Positions 43,459 through 55,751 of a stretch of DNA of 64,000 nucleotides are shown here, one piece after another. The stretch comes from the human T2T-CHM13v2.0 reference genome, Homo sapiens. Numbering within the stretch: the stretch's first letter is position 1; each line of letters opens with the position of its first letter. A program made the position numbers and the translations under genes. The stretch covers positions 11,712,001 through 11,776,000 of the forward strand of contig CP086569.2 of assembly GCA_009914755.4 (NCBI GenBank), written 5' to 3'. Under the pieces are notes generated by a model. That model had not been told where the DNA came from and did not search any database. It worked only from the letters and a program-made list of their open reading frames with translations.

Positions 43459-46400
43459 TCAAATGGAATGCAATTGAATGGAATAGAAAGGAAGAGAATG
43501 GAATTGAGAGTAATGGAAAGATATCGATTGGAATGAAATGGAATGGAAAGGAATTGAATGGAAAGGAATGGACTCGAAAGAAATGGATTGCAATGGAATG
43601 GTCTCCAACGGAGTGGACTGGAGGGGAATGGAATCGAATGGAATGAAAAGAATGGAACGGAATGGAACGGAAAGGAATAGAATGTTATGGAATCCGATTG
43701 GACAGAATGGAATGGAATGGAGTTTCATGAAATGGAGTCGAATAGAGTGGCATCAAAAGGAATGGAATGGAATGGAGTGGACTCAAAAGGAATGGACTCG
43801 AAAGGAATGGAGTCGAACCAAATTGAATGAAATGGATTGGAGTCGAACAGAATGGAATGGAATGGAATGAACTCGACTGGAGTAGAGAGGAATGTAAAGG
43901 AATAGAATGGAATGTAATCAAATGGATTGCAAGTGAATGGAATCAAAAATAATAGAAAGGAATGGAGTGTAAAGGGATGATATTGAATATAATGGAATAG
44001 AATGGAATTTAATGGAATGGAGACGAAGGAATGGACAGGAATGTAATGGACGCCAATGGAATGGAATGGATCAAAATGGATTTGAACAGATTGGAATCGA
44101 ACGGAATGGAATGTAATGGAATGGAATGGACTCGAATGGAGAAGAGACAAATGGAATGGAAACGAATTCAATGGAATTGAAAAGAATAGGATGGAATGGC
44201 GTGTAATGGTAAGATACTAAATGGAATGGAATTGAACGGAATGTAATGGAATGGAACCAAATGTAATGCACTCGAATGGAATATACTGAAATAGAATGGA
44301 ATCGAAAGGAAAGGTCTCAAATGGAATTTATTCAATACAATGGATTCGAATGGAAAGCTATAGAATTGAATGGAATCGAATGTAATGGAATCAAATAGAA
44401 TGAACCAGAATGGAATGGACTGCCATAGAACGGACTGCAGTGTAATGGATTGAATTCTAATTCATTCAAATGGAATGGAATTGAATGGAATGGAATCCAA
44501 TGGAATGGATAGGATTGTACTGCAATGGAATAGAATGGAATGCAACGGAGTGGAATGGAGTTGAATGAAGTGGAATGGAATCGATTGGAATGGAATCAAA
44601 TGGAATGGACGGGAATGGAATGGACTGGAAGAGAACAGACTCGAATATAATGGATTGCAAAGTAATTGATTCAAACGGAATGGAATCGAATGGAATGTAA
44701 TAAAATTGAAGGGAATTGAGTTCAATGCAATGGAATAGAATGGAATGCAAAGGAAAGGAAAGGTACGGAGTGAAACCGAGTGTAATGGAATCGAAGGGAA
44801 TGACATCGAATGGAATGGACTCAAAAGAAATGGACGAGGGACAAAACGGAATCGAACTGATTGGAATCGAACGGAACGGAATGGAATGGAATGGTCTCCA
44901 TTGGATCGCAGTAGAACGGATTGGAATGGAATGGAATGAAATGGAATGGAAAGGAATAGAATGGAATGGAATGGAATGGAAGGAAATGGAAAGATATCGA
45001 ACGGATTGGAAAGGAATGGAATGGACCCTAATGGAATGGAATGGAATTCAACAGAAACGAATGGAATGGACTGGAGTGTAATGGAGTCGAATGTAATTGA
45101 CTGGAGTGGAATGGACTCGAATAGAATGGACTGGAATGGATTGAACTCGAATGGAGTGGAAAGGAATAAAATGGATTCCACCAGATTGGAATGGAACAGA
45201 ATGTAATGTAATGGAATGGAATACAATGGAATAGCACGAATGGAATGGAGTCGAACGCAATGGAACAGAAAGGAAAGGAATTGAATGGAATTGAAAGTAA
45301 CAAAATAAAATGGAGTGCAAAGGAAAGATATCGAACGGAATAGATCGAAAAGAAATAGAATGGAATGGACAGGAATGGAATGGAATAGAATGGAATAGAC
45401 TGGCCTGCAATGAAAACGAATGGAATGGAAACGAATGGAATGGAATGGAAAGGAATGGAGTAGAATAAATACTATGGAATGGAATGGAGGCGAAAGGAAA
45501 AGAATGGATTGGAATGTCACCGAATGGAAAGATACGGAATGGAAAGGAATGGATACGAATGGAATGGAATAGAAAGGAACGGAAAGGTAAAGAATGGAAT
45601 GGAATCGGATAGAATGGAATGCAATGTAATGGAGTCGAAGGGAAAGTAAACGAGTAGAATGATATCGAATGGAATGGAATTTAATGGAATGGAATGGAAT
45701 GGAATGGACTCGAATGGAATGTACTCAAATGGATTAGAATAGAATGGAATGGAACTAAACGTAATGAACTCGAATGGAATGGACACAAATAGAATGGAAG
45801 AGAAAGGAATGGTATTGAATGGAATTTATTCGAATAGAGTGGAATTCAATGGAATGCAAGAGTGTGGCATGGAATCAAATGGAATGGAATCGAATGGAAT
45901 GGACCTGAGTGGAATGGACTCACATAGAACAGCCTCGAATGTAATGGATTACAATATATTAGATTCGAAAGGACTGAAATCGAATGGAATGTAATCAAGT
46001 AGAACGGAATTGAATGCATGGAATGGCATAGAAAGTAATGCAATGGAATGGAATAGACTGGAATCGAATGGAATCGGATGGAATGTAATGAAATATAATG
46101 GAAGGAATGCCATGGAATGGAATGGAATGGAATGCAATGGGACGGTGTATAATGGAGTGCAATGGATTTCAGTGGAATGTAGTCAAAAGGAAAGAAATAG
46201 AATGGAATTCAATATAATGGAATGGCATCCAAAGGCAAGGAATGGAGCGGACTCCAATGGAAACGACATGAAAGGAATATAATATAACGGAATGGCATTG
46301 AAGGAAATGGAATGCAATGGAGTTAAAAGGTAAAATATCGAAAGGAAAAGAATTGAATGGACTCGAATGGAATATAATGGAATGGAATGGACTCGAATGG

Positions 46401-49029
46401 AATGTACTAGAGTTGAATGGAAACGAATGGAATGGAAAACAATGGAAAGGAAAGGAAAGGAATTGAAAGGAAAGGAATAGAATGGAATGGAATCGGATGG
46501 AACGGAATTGAATGGAATGGAAACTAAAGGAATAGAATAGAAAGGAATGGCATTGAATGGAATGGAATGGAATGGAATCAGATGGAATAGAAAGTAAAGG
46601 AATAGAATCGAATGGAATGGCATCGAAAGGATTGGAATGGAATGTAATGGAATGGAATAGAAAGGAATGGAATGGACTCGAATGGAATGTAGTCAAATAG
46701 AATACAATAGAATGGAATAGAAGTAAATATAATGGACTCGAATGGAATGCATTGGAATAAATTGGAATTGAGTGTATTGGATTCGAATGGAAAGGAATGG
46801 AATGGAATAGAATGGAATGGATACGAATGGAATGGAATCGAATGGAATGGAACGAATTGGAATGTAATTGAATGGAGTCAAAAACAGTAGAAAGAAATGA
46901 AGTTTAATCGAATGATATCGAATGGAATTGAGTGGAATGTACGCGAATGGAATGGACTCGAATGGAATGCAGTGAAATGTAACGGAATCGAAAGGAATGG
47001 AATCCAATGAAATGGAATTGAATGGAATAGAAAGGAATACAATGGAATGGAGTTTAATGGAAAGATATTAAAATAATGGAATGGAATTGAGTGGACACGA
47101 AAGGAATGCACTGGAATGGAAAGGACTCGAATGAAATGGAGCGCATTAGAATGGACTCGAATGGAATGGATTGGAGTGGAATGGTCTCGAATGGATTGGA
47201 AACGAATGGAATGGAAAGGTATAGAATGGAATGTAATCAAATGGAACGAAATGGAATGGAATGGATTCGACTGGAACAGAATTGAATGTAGTGGAATTGA
47301 ATGGAATGGAATGCAATCAAATGGAATGGACACGAATCGAATAGAATGAAATGAAATAGCCTAGAATGGAATGAAATGGAATGGAATGGAATGGAACGGA
47401 ATGGAATGGAATGGAATGGCATAGAATGGAATGGCATGGCATGTAATGGAATGGAATGGAATGAAATGGATTGGAAGGGGATGGGCCCAAAGAAATAGAC
47501 TCAAATAAAAGGGACTCAAATAGAATGAAGTGGAAAGAAACGGTCTCCAATGTAATTTATTCGAATAGAATGATATTGAATGGAATGCAATAGTATGGAA
47601 TGCTATCGAATAGTATGGAATAGAATGGAATGGAATGGAACGGAATGTAGTGCAATTGAACAGACTCAAATGCAATAAATTGCAATATAATTGATTCAAA
47701 TGGAATGGAATCGAATAGAATGTAAACAAATGGAATGGAAGGCAATGCAATGGAAAGGAATCGAATGAAATGGAATAAATGGAATGGAATGGAATGGAAA
47801 GGACGCGAATATATTGGACTGTTAAGGAAAGGTGTCGAATCGAATTTATTCCAATAGAATGGAATCGAATGGATTGCAATACTATTGAATCGAATCGAAT
47901 GGAATGGAATTGAATGGAATGGACAGGAATGGAATGAACTGGAAATGACTGGACAAGAACGTAATATATTGCAATGTAATTTATTCAAATGGAATGGAAT
48001 GCAATCGAATGGAATTGACTCGATTGGAATGGACTGGAGTGGAATGGATTTAAATGGAATGGAAAGGAATGTAATGTAAAGGAAGTGAAAGCAAAGGAAT
48101 CTACTGGAATAGAATCGAACGGAACAGAAAGGAATGGAAAGGAATGGAGTGGAATGGACTCGAATGGAATGTATTCGAATGTAATGGACCTGAAAGGAAT
48201 GGAATCCAATGGAATGGAATTGAATGGAATCAAAAGGAATAGAAAGGAATAGAGTGTAATTGAACGATATCGAATGGAAGGGAATGGAATGAACTCGAAT
48301 GGAATGCACTGGAATGGAATGGACTCGATCAGAACGGACTGTAGAGGAATGTACACAAATGGAATGGAAACGAATGGAATGCAATGAAATGGAATGGAAT
48401 GAAATGGAATTGAAAGGAACGGAACCAAATGGAATGGAATGGAATGGAATGGATTGGAATAGAATGGATTCAAATAAAATAGAATCAATGGGAATGGTAT
48501 TGAATGGAAGGGACTTGAATGGAATGGAAAGCAATGGAAGATATTGGAATCGAATGGCATCGAATGAAATGGAGTGGAACGGAATGGAACGGAACCGAAT
48601 GGAGTGGAATGGACTCAAATGTAATGGACTCGAATGGAATCGACTGAAATATAATAGTCTCGAAAGGAATGGCCTCGAGCGGAATTTATTTGAATAGAAT
48701 GGAATCAAATGGAATACAATAGTATTGAATGGAATCGAATGGAATGGAATCGAATGGAATGTAATCAAATGGAATGGAACGGAATTCAATATAATGGAGT
48801 AGAATGGAATGCATTGGAAAGGAGCAGAGTGGAATCGAGTGGAATGGAATCAAAGGGAACGAAATCGAATTGAATGGAGTTGTATGGAATTGACTCGAAA
48901 GGAATTGACGCGAAAGGAATTGAATCGAAAGGAATGGACTGGAACAAAAAGGAATCAAATGGACAGGAATGGGATGGAATGGACACGAATGGAATGGAGT
49001 CAAATGCAAACGTATCAAATGGAAAGGAT
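43459..49029. repeat. HOR unit A, 5571 bp, contains module X. The unit phase is arbitrary and was set at the low-coordinate end of the MKLHSIPFC ORF.
   Basis: Landmark spacing of 5571 bp to unit B1. ORFs 43459-43728, 43538-43870, 43685-43921 and 44462-45520 have counterparts at 49030-49299, 49109-49327, 49256-49492 and 50032-51111. Confidence 0.85.
45690..47900. repeat. Module X copy in unit A (~2.2 kb present/absent block of the HOR)
   Basis: Unit A minus unit B is 5571-3361 = 2210 bp. Left junction: A at 45661 (GATATCGAATGGAATGGAATTTAATGGAATGGAATGGAATGGAATGGACTCG) and B1 at 51251 (GATATCGAATGGAATGGAATTGAATGGAATGGAATGGAATGGAATGAACTGGAAGTGAATGGACAAGAACG) share sequence and then diverge. Right junction: A at 47891 (CGAATCGAATGGAATGGAATTGAATGGAATGGACAGGAATGGAATGAACTGGAAATGACTGGACAAGAACG) rejoins the B path. 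Confidence 0.8.
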
Positions 49030-52000
49030 TCAAATGGAATGCAATTGAATGGAATAGAAAGGAAGAGAATGGAATTGAGAGTAATGGAAAGATATCGATT
49101 GGAATGAAATGGAATGGAAAGGAATTGAATGGAAAGGAATGGAGTGGAAAGAAATGGATTGGAATGGAATGGTCTCCAATGGAATGGACTGGAGTGGAAT
49201 GGAATCGAATGGAATGAAAAGAATGGACCGGAATGGTACGGAAAGGAATAGAATGTTATGGAATCCGATTGGACAGAATGGAATGGAATGGAGTTTCATG
49301 AAATGGAGTCGAATAGAGTGGCATTAAAAGGAATGGAATGGAATGGAGAGGACTCAAAAGGAATGGACTCGAAAGGAATGGAGTCGAACTAAATTGAATC
49401 AAATGGATTGGAGTCGAACAGAATGGAATGGAATGGAATGAACTCGACTGGAGTAGAGAGGAATGTAAAGGAATAGAATGGAATGTAATCAAATGGATTG
49501 CAAGTGAATGGAATCAAAAATAATAGAAAGGAATGAAGTGTAACGGGATGATATTGACTGTAATGGAATGGAATGGAATTTAATGGAATGGAGACGAAGG
49601 AATGGACAGGAATGTAATGGACTCCAATGGAATGGAATGGATCAAAGTGGATTTGAACAGATTGGAATCGAACGGAATGGAATGCAATGGAATGGAATGG
49701 ACTCGAATGGAGAAGAGAGAAAAGGAATGGAAACGAATTCAATGGAATTGAAAAGAATAGGATGGAATGGCGTGTAATGGTAAGATACTAAATGGAATGG
49801 AATTGAATGGAATGGAATGGACCCAAATGTAATGCACTCGAAAGGAATATACTCAAATAGAATGGAATCGAAAGGAAAGGTCTCAAATGGAATTTATTCA
49901 ATACAATGGAATCGAATGGAATGCAATAGAATGGAATGGAATCGAATGTAATGGAATGAAATAGAATGGACCAGAATGGAATGGACTGCCATAGAACGGA
50001 CTGCAGTGTAATGGATTGAATTCTAATTCATTCAAATGGAATGGAATTGAATGGAATGGAATCCATTGGAATGGATAGGATTGTACTGGAATGGAATAGC
50101 ATGGAATGCAACGGAGTGGAATGGAGTTGAATGAAGTGGAATGGAATCGATTGGAATGGAATCAAATGGAATGGACGGGAATGGAATGGACTGGAAGAGA
50201 ACAGACTCAAATATAATGGATTGCAAAGTAATTGATTCAAATGGAATGGAATCGAATGGAATGTAATAAAATTGAAGGGATTTGAGTTCAATACAATGGA
50301 ATAAAATGGAATGCAAAGGAAAGGAAAGGTACGGAGTGAAATCGAGTGTAATGGAATCGAATGGAATGAAATCGAATGGAATGGACTCAAAAGAAATGGA
50401 CGAGGGACAAAACGGAATCGAACTGATTGGAATCGAACGGAACGGAATGGAATGGAATGGTCTCCATTGGATCTGAGTAGAACGGACTGGAATGGAATGG
50501 AATGAAATGGAATGGAAAGGAATAGAATGGAATGGAATGGAATGGAATGGAATGGAAGGTAATGGAAAGATATCGAACGGATTGGAAAGGAATGGAATGG
50601 ACCCTAATGGAATGGAATGGAATTCAACAGAAACGAATGGAATGGACTGGAGTGAAATGGAGTCGAATGTAATTGACTGGAGTGGAATGGACTCGAAAGG
50701 AATGGACTCGAATAGAATGGACTGGAATGGATTGTACTCGAATGGAGTTGAAAGGAATAAAATGGATTCCACCAGATTGGAATGGAACAGAATGTAATGG
50801 AATGGAATGGAATGCAATGGAATAGCTCCAATGGAATGGAGTCGAATGCAATGGAACAGAAAGGAAAGGAATTGAATGGAATTGAAAGTAATAGAACAAA
50901 ATGGAGTGCAAAGGAAAGATATTGAATGGAATGGATCGAAAAGAAATCGAATGGAATGGTCAGGAATGGAATGGAATAGAATGGAATAGACTGGCGTGCA
51001 ATGAAAACGAATGGAATGGAAACGAATGGAATGCAATGGAAAGGAATGGAGTAGAATAAATACTATGGAATGGAATGGAGGCGAAAGGAAAAGAATGGAT
51101 TGGAATGTCACCGAATGGAAAGATATGCAATGGAAAGGAATGGATACGAATGTAATGGAATAGAAAGGAATGGAAAGGTAAAGAATGGAATGGAATCGGA
51201 TAGAATGGAATGCAATGTAATGGAGTCGAATGGAAAATAATCGTGTAGAATGATATCGAATGGAATGGAATTGAATGGAATGGAATGGAATGGAATGAAC
51301 TGGAAGTGAATGGACAAGAACGTATTATATTTCAATGTAATTTATTCAAATGGAATGGAATGCAATCGAATGGAATGGACTCTATTGGAATGGACTGGAG
51401 TGGAATGGACTCAAATGGAATGGAATGGAATGGAATGGAATGGAATGGAAAGCAAAGGAATCTACTGGAATAGAATCGAACGGAACAGAAAGGAATGGAA
51501 TGGAATGGAGTGGAATGGACTCAAATGGAATGTATTCGAATGTAGTGGACCTGAAAGGAATGGAATCCAATGGAATGGAATTGAATGGAATCAAAAGGAA
51601 TAGAAAGGAATAGAGTGTAATTGAATGATATCGAATGGAAGGGAATAGAATGAACTCGAATGGAATGCACTGGAATGGAATGGACTCGATCAGAACGGAC
51701 TGGAGAGGAATGTACACAAATGGAATGGAAATGAATGGAATGGAATGAAATGGAATTCAATGAAATGGAATTGAAAGGAACGAAATCAAATGGAATGGAA
51801 TGGAATGGAATGGATTGCAATAGAATGGATTCAAATAAAATAGAATCGATGGGAATGGTATTGAATGAAAGGGATTTGAATGGAATGGAAAGCAATGGAA
51901 GATATTGGAATCGAATGGCATCGAATGAAATGGAACGGAACGGAATGGAACGGAACCGAATGGAATGGAATGGACTCAAATGTAATGGACTCCAATGGAA

Positions 52001-52390
52001 TCGACTGAAATATAATAGTGTCGAAAGGAATGGCCTCGAGCGGAATTTATTTGAATAGAATGGAATCAAATGCAACACAATACCATTGAATTGAATCGTA
52101 TGGAATGGAATCGAATGGAATGTAATCAAATGGAATGGAACGGAATTCAATATAATGGAGTAGAATGGAATGCATTGGAAAGGAGCAGAGTGGAATCGAG
52201 TGGAATGGAATCGAGTGGAATGGAATCAATGGGAACAAAATCGAAATGAATGGACTTGAATGGAATTGACTCAAAAGGAATTGACTCGAAAGGAATGGAC
52301 TAGAACAAAAAGGAATCAAATGGACAGGAATGGGATGGAATGGACACGAATGGAATGGAGTCAAATGCAAACGCATCGAATAGAATGTAT
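49030..52390. repeat. HOR unit B1, 3361 bp, lacks module X
   Basis: Exact 3361 bp spacing to B2 at several independent landmarks. ORF translations 51285-51473, 51310-51603, 51350-51613, 51382-51717, 52047-52394 and 52391-52660 are identical to 54646-54834, 54671-54964, 54711-54974, 54743-55078, 55408-55755 and 55752-56021. The 209 aa pair 51521-52150 / 54882-55511 differs at 2 residues. Confidence 0.9.
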
Positions 52391-55300
52391 TCAAATGGAA
52401 TGCAATTGAATGGAATAGAAAGGAAGAGAATGGAATTGAGAGTAATGGAAAGATATCGAATGGAATGAAATGGAATGGAAAGGAATTGAATGGAAAGGAA
52501 TGGAGTGGAAAGAAATGGATTGGAATGGAATGGTCTCCAATGGAATGGACTGGAGTGGAATGGAATCGAATGGAATGAAAAGAATGGACCGGAATGGTAC
52601 GGAAAGGAATAGAATGTTATGGAATCCGATTGGACAGAATGGAATGGAATGGAGTTTCATGAAATGGAGTCGAATAGAGTGGCATCAAAAGGAATGGAAT
52701 GGAATGGAGTGGACTCAAAAGGAATGGACTCGAAAGGAATGGAGTCGAACTAAATTGAATCAAATGGATTGGAGTCGAACAGAATGGAATGGAATGGAAT
52801 GAACTCGACTGGAGTAGAGAGGAATGTAAAGGAATAGAATGGAATGTAATCAAATGGATTGCAAGTGAATGGAATCAAAAATAATCGAAAGGAATGGAGT
52901 GTAACGGGATGATGTTGACTATAATGGAATGGAATGGAATTTAATGGAATGGAGTCGAAGGAATGGACAGGAATGTAATGGACTCCAATGGAATGGAATG
53001 GATCAAAATGGATTTGAACAGATTGGAATCGAACGGAATGGAATGCAATGGAATGGAATGGACTCGAATGGAGAAGAGATAAATGGAATGGAAACGAATT
53101 CAATGGAATTGTAAAGAATAGGATGGAATGGCGTGTAATGGTAAGATACTAAATGGAATGGAATTGAATGGAATGGAATGGACCCAAATGAAATGCACTC
53201 GAAAGGAATATACTCAAGTAGAATGGAATCGAAAGGAAAGGTCTCAAATGGAATTTATTCAATACAATGGAATCGAATGGAATGCAATAGAATGGAATGG
53301 AATCGAATGTAATGGAATCAAATAGAATGGACCAGAATGGAATGGACTGCCATAGAACGGACTGCAGTGTAATGGATTGAATTCTAATTCATTCAAATGG
53401 AATGGAATTGAATGGAATGGAATCCAATGGAATGGATAGGATTGTACTGGAATGGAATAGCATGGAATGCAACGGAGTGGAATGGAGTTGAATGAAGTGG
53501 AATGGAATCGATCGGAATGGAATCAAATGGAATGGACGGGAATGGAATGGACTGGAAGAGAACAGACTTGAATTTAATGGATTGTAATGTAATTGATTCA
53601 AATGGAATGGAATCGAATGGAATGTAATAAAATTGAAGGGATTTGAGTTCAATACAATGGAATAAAATGGAATGCAAAGGAAAGGAAAGGTACGGAGTGA
53701 AATCGAGTGTAATGGAATCGAATGGAAAGAATTCGAATGGAATGGAATCAAAAGAAATGGACGAGGGACAAAACGGAATCGAACTGATTGGAATCGAATG
53801 GAACGGAAGGGAATGGAATGGTCTCCATTGGATCGGAGTAGAACGGCCTGGAATGGAATGGAATGAAATGGAATGGAAAGGAATAGAATGGAATGGAATG
53901 GAATGGAATGGAATGGAATGGAAAGATATCGAACGGATTGGAAAGGAATGGAATGGACCCTAATGGAATGGAATGGAATTCAACAGAAACGAATGGAATG
54001 GACTGGAGTGAAATGGAGTCGAATGTAATTGACTGGAGTGGAATGGACTCGAAAGGAATGGACTCGAATAGAATGGACTGGAATGGATTGTACTCGAATG
54101 GAGTTGAAAGGAATAAAATGGATTCCACCAGATTGGAATGGAACAGAATGTAATGGAATGGAATGGAATGGAATGCAATGGAATAGCTCCAATGGAATGG
54201 AGTCGAATGCAATGGAACAGAAAGGAAAGGAATTGAATGGAATTGAAAGTAATAGAACAAAATGGAGTGCAAAGGAAAGATATTGAATGGAATGGATCGA
54301 AAAGAAATCGAATGGAATGGACAGGAATGGAATGGAATAGAATGGAATAGACTGGCGTGCAATGAAAACGAATGGAATGGAAACGAATGGAATGCAATGG
54401 AAAGGAATGGAGTAGAATAAATACTATGGAATGGAATGGAGGCGAAAGGAAAAGAATGGATTGGAATGTCACCGAATGGAAAGATATGCAATGGAAAGGA
54501 ATGGATACGAATGTAATGGAATAGAAAGGAATGGAAAGGTAAAGAATGGAATGGAATCGGATAGAATGGAATGCAATGTAATGGAGTCGAATGGAAAATA
54601 ATCGTGTAGAATGATATCAAATGGAATGGAATTGAATGGAATGGAATGGAATGGAATGAACTGGAAGTGAATGGACAAGAACGTATTATATTTCAATGTA
54701 ATTTATTCAAATGGAATGGAATGCAATCGAATGGAATGGACTCTATTGGAATGGACTGGAGTGGAATGGACTCAAATGGAATGGAATGGAATGGAATGGA
54801 ATGGAATGGAAAGCAAAGGAATCTACTGGAATAGAATCGAACGGAACAGAAAGGAATGGAATGGAATGGAGTGGAATGGACTCAAATGGAATGTATTCGA
54901 ATGTAGTGGACCTGAAAGGAATGGAATCCAATGGAATGGAATTGAATGGAATCAAAAGGAATAGAAAGGAATAGAGTGTAATTGAATGATATCGAATGGA
55001 AGGGAATAGAATGAACTCGAATGGAATGCACTGGAATGGAATGGACTCGATCAGAACGGACTGGAGAGGAATGTACACAAATGGAATGGAAACGAATGGA
55101 ATGGAATGAAATGGAATTCAATGAAATGGAATTGAAAGGAACGAAATCAAATGGAATGGAATGGAATGGAATGGATTGCAATAGAATGGATTCAAATAAA
55201 ATAGAATCGATGGGAATGGTATTGAATGAAAGGGATTTGAATGGAATGGAAAGCAATGGAAGATATTGGAATCGAATGGCATCGAATGAAATGGAATGGA

Positions 55301-55751
55301 ACGGAATGGAACGGAACCGAATGGAATGGAATGGACTCAAATGTAATGGACTCCAATGGAATCGACTGAAATATAATAGTGTCGAAAGGAATGGCCTCGA
55401 GCGGAATTTATTTGAATAGAATGGAATCAAATGCAACACAATACCATTGAATTGAATCGTATGGAATGGAATCGAATGGAATGTAATCAAATGGAATGGA
55501 ACGGAATTCAATATAATGGAGTAGAATGGAATGCATTGGAAAGGAGCAGAGTGGAATCGAGTGGAATGGAATCGAGTGGAATGGAATCAATGGGAACAAA
55601 ATCGAAATGAATGGACTTGAATGGAATTGACTCAAAAGGAATTGACTCGAAAGGAATGGACTAGAACAAAAAGGAATCAAATGGACAGGAATGGGATGGA
55701 ATGGACACGAATGGAATGGAGTCAAATGCAAACGCATCGAATAGAATGTAT
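52391..55751. repeat. HOR unit B2, 3361 bp, lacks module X; near-identical tandem copy of B1
   Basis: Same evidence as B1. A few substitutions and small indels are visible around 53.7-54.5 kb relative to 50.3-51.1 kb. One example is GAACGGCCTGGAATGG at ~53826 versus GAACGGACTGGAATGG at ~50468. Confidence 0.9.

Noticed and set aside
49030-55751. Assignment of the 3361 bp HOR to DYZ1 (Yq12)
   Set aside because: The period (3361 bp) does not match the classical ~3.56 kb DYZ1 unit. Only two homogeneous copies are present, flanked by 5.6 kb variants and 41 kb of unstructured HSat3, unlike a deep DYZ1 interior. Chromosomal origin cannot be decided without a database alignment.
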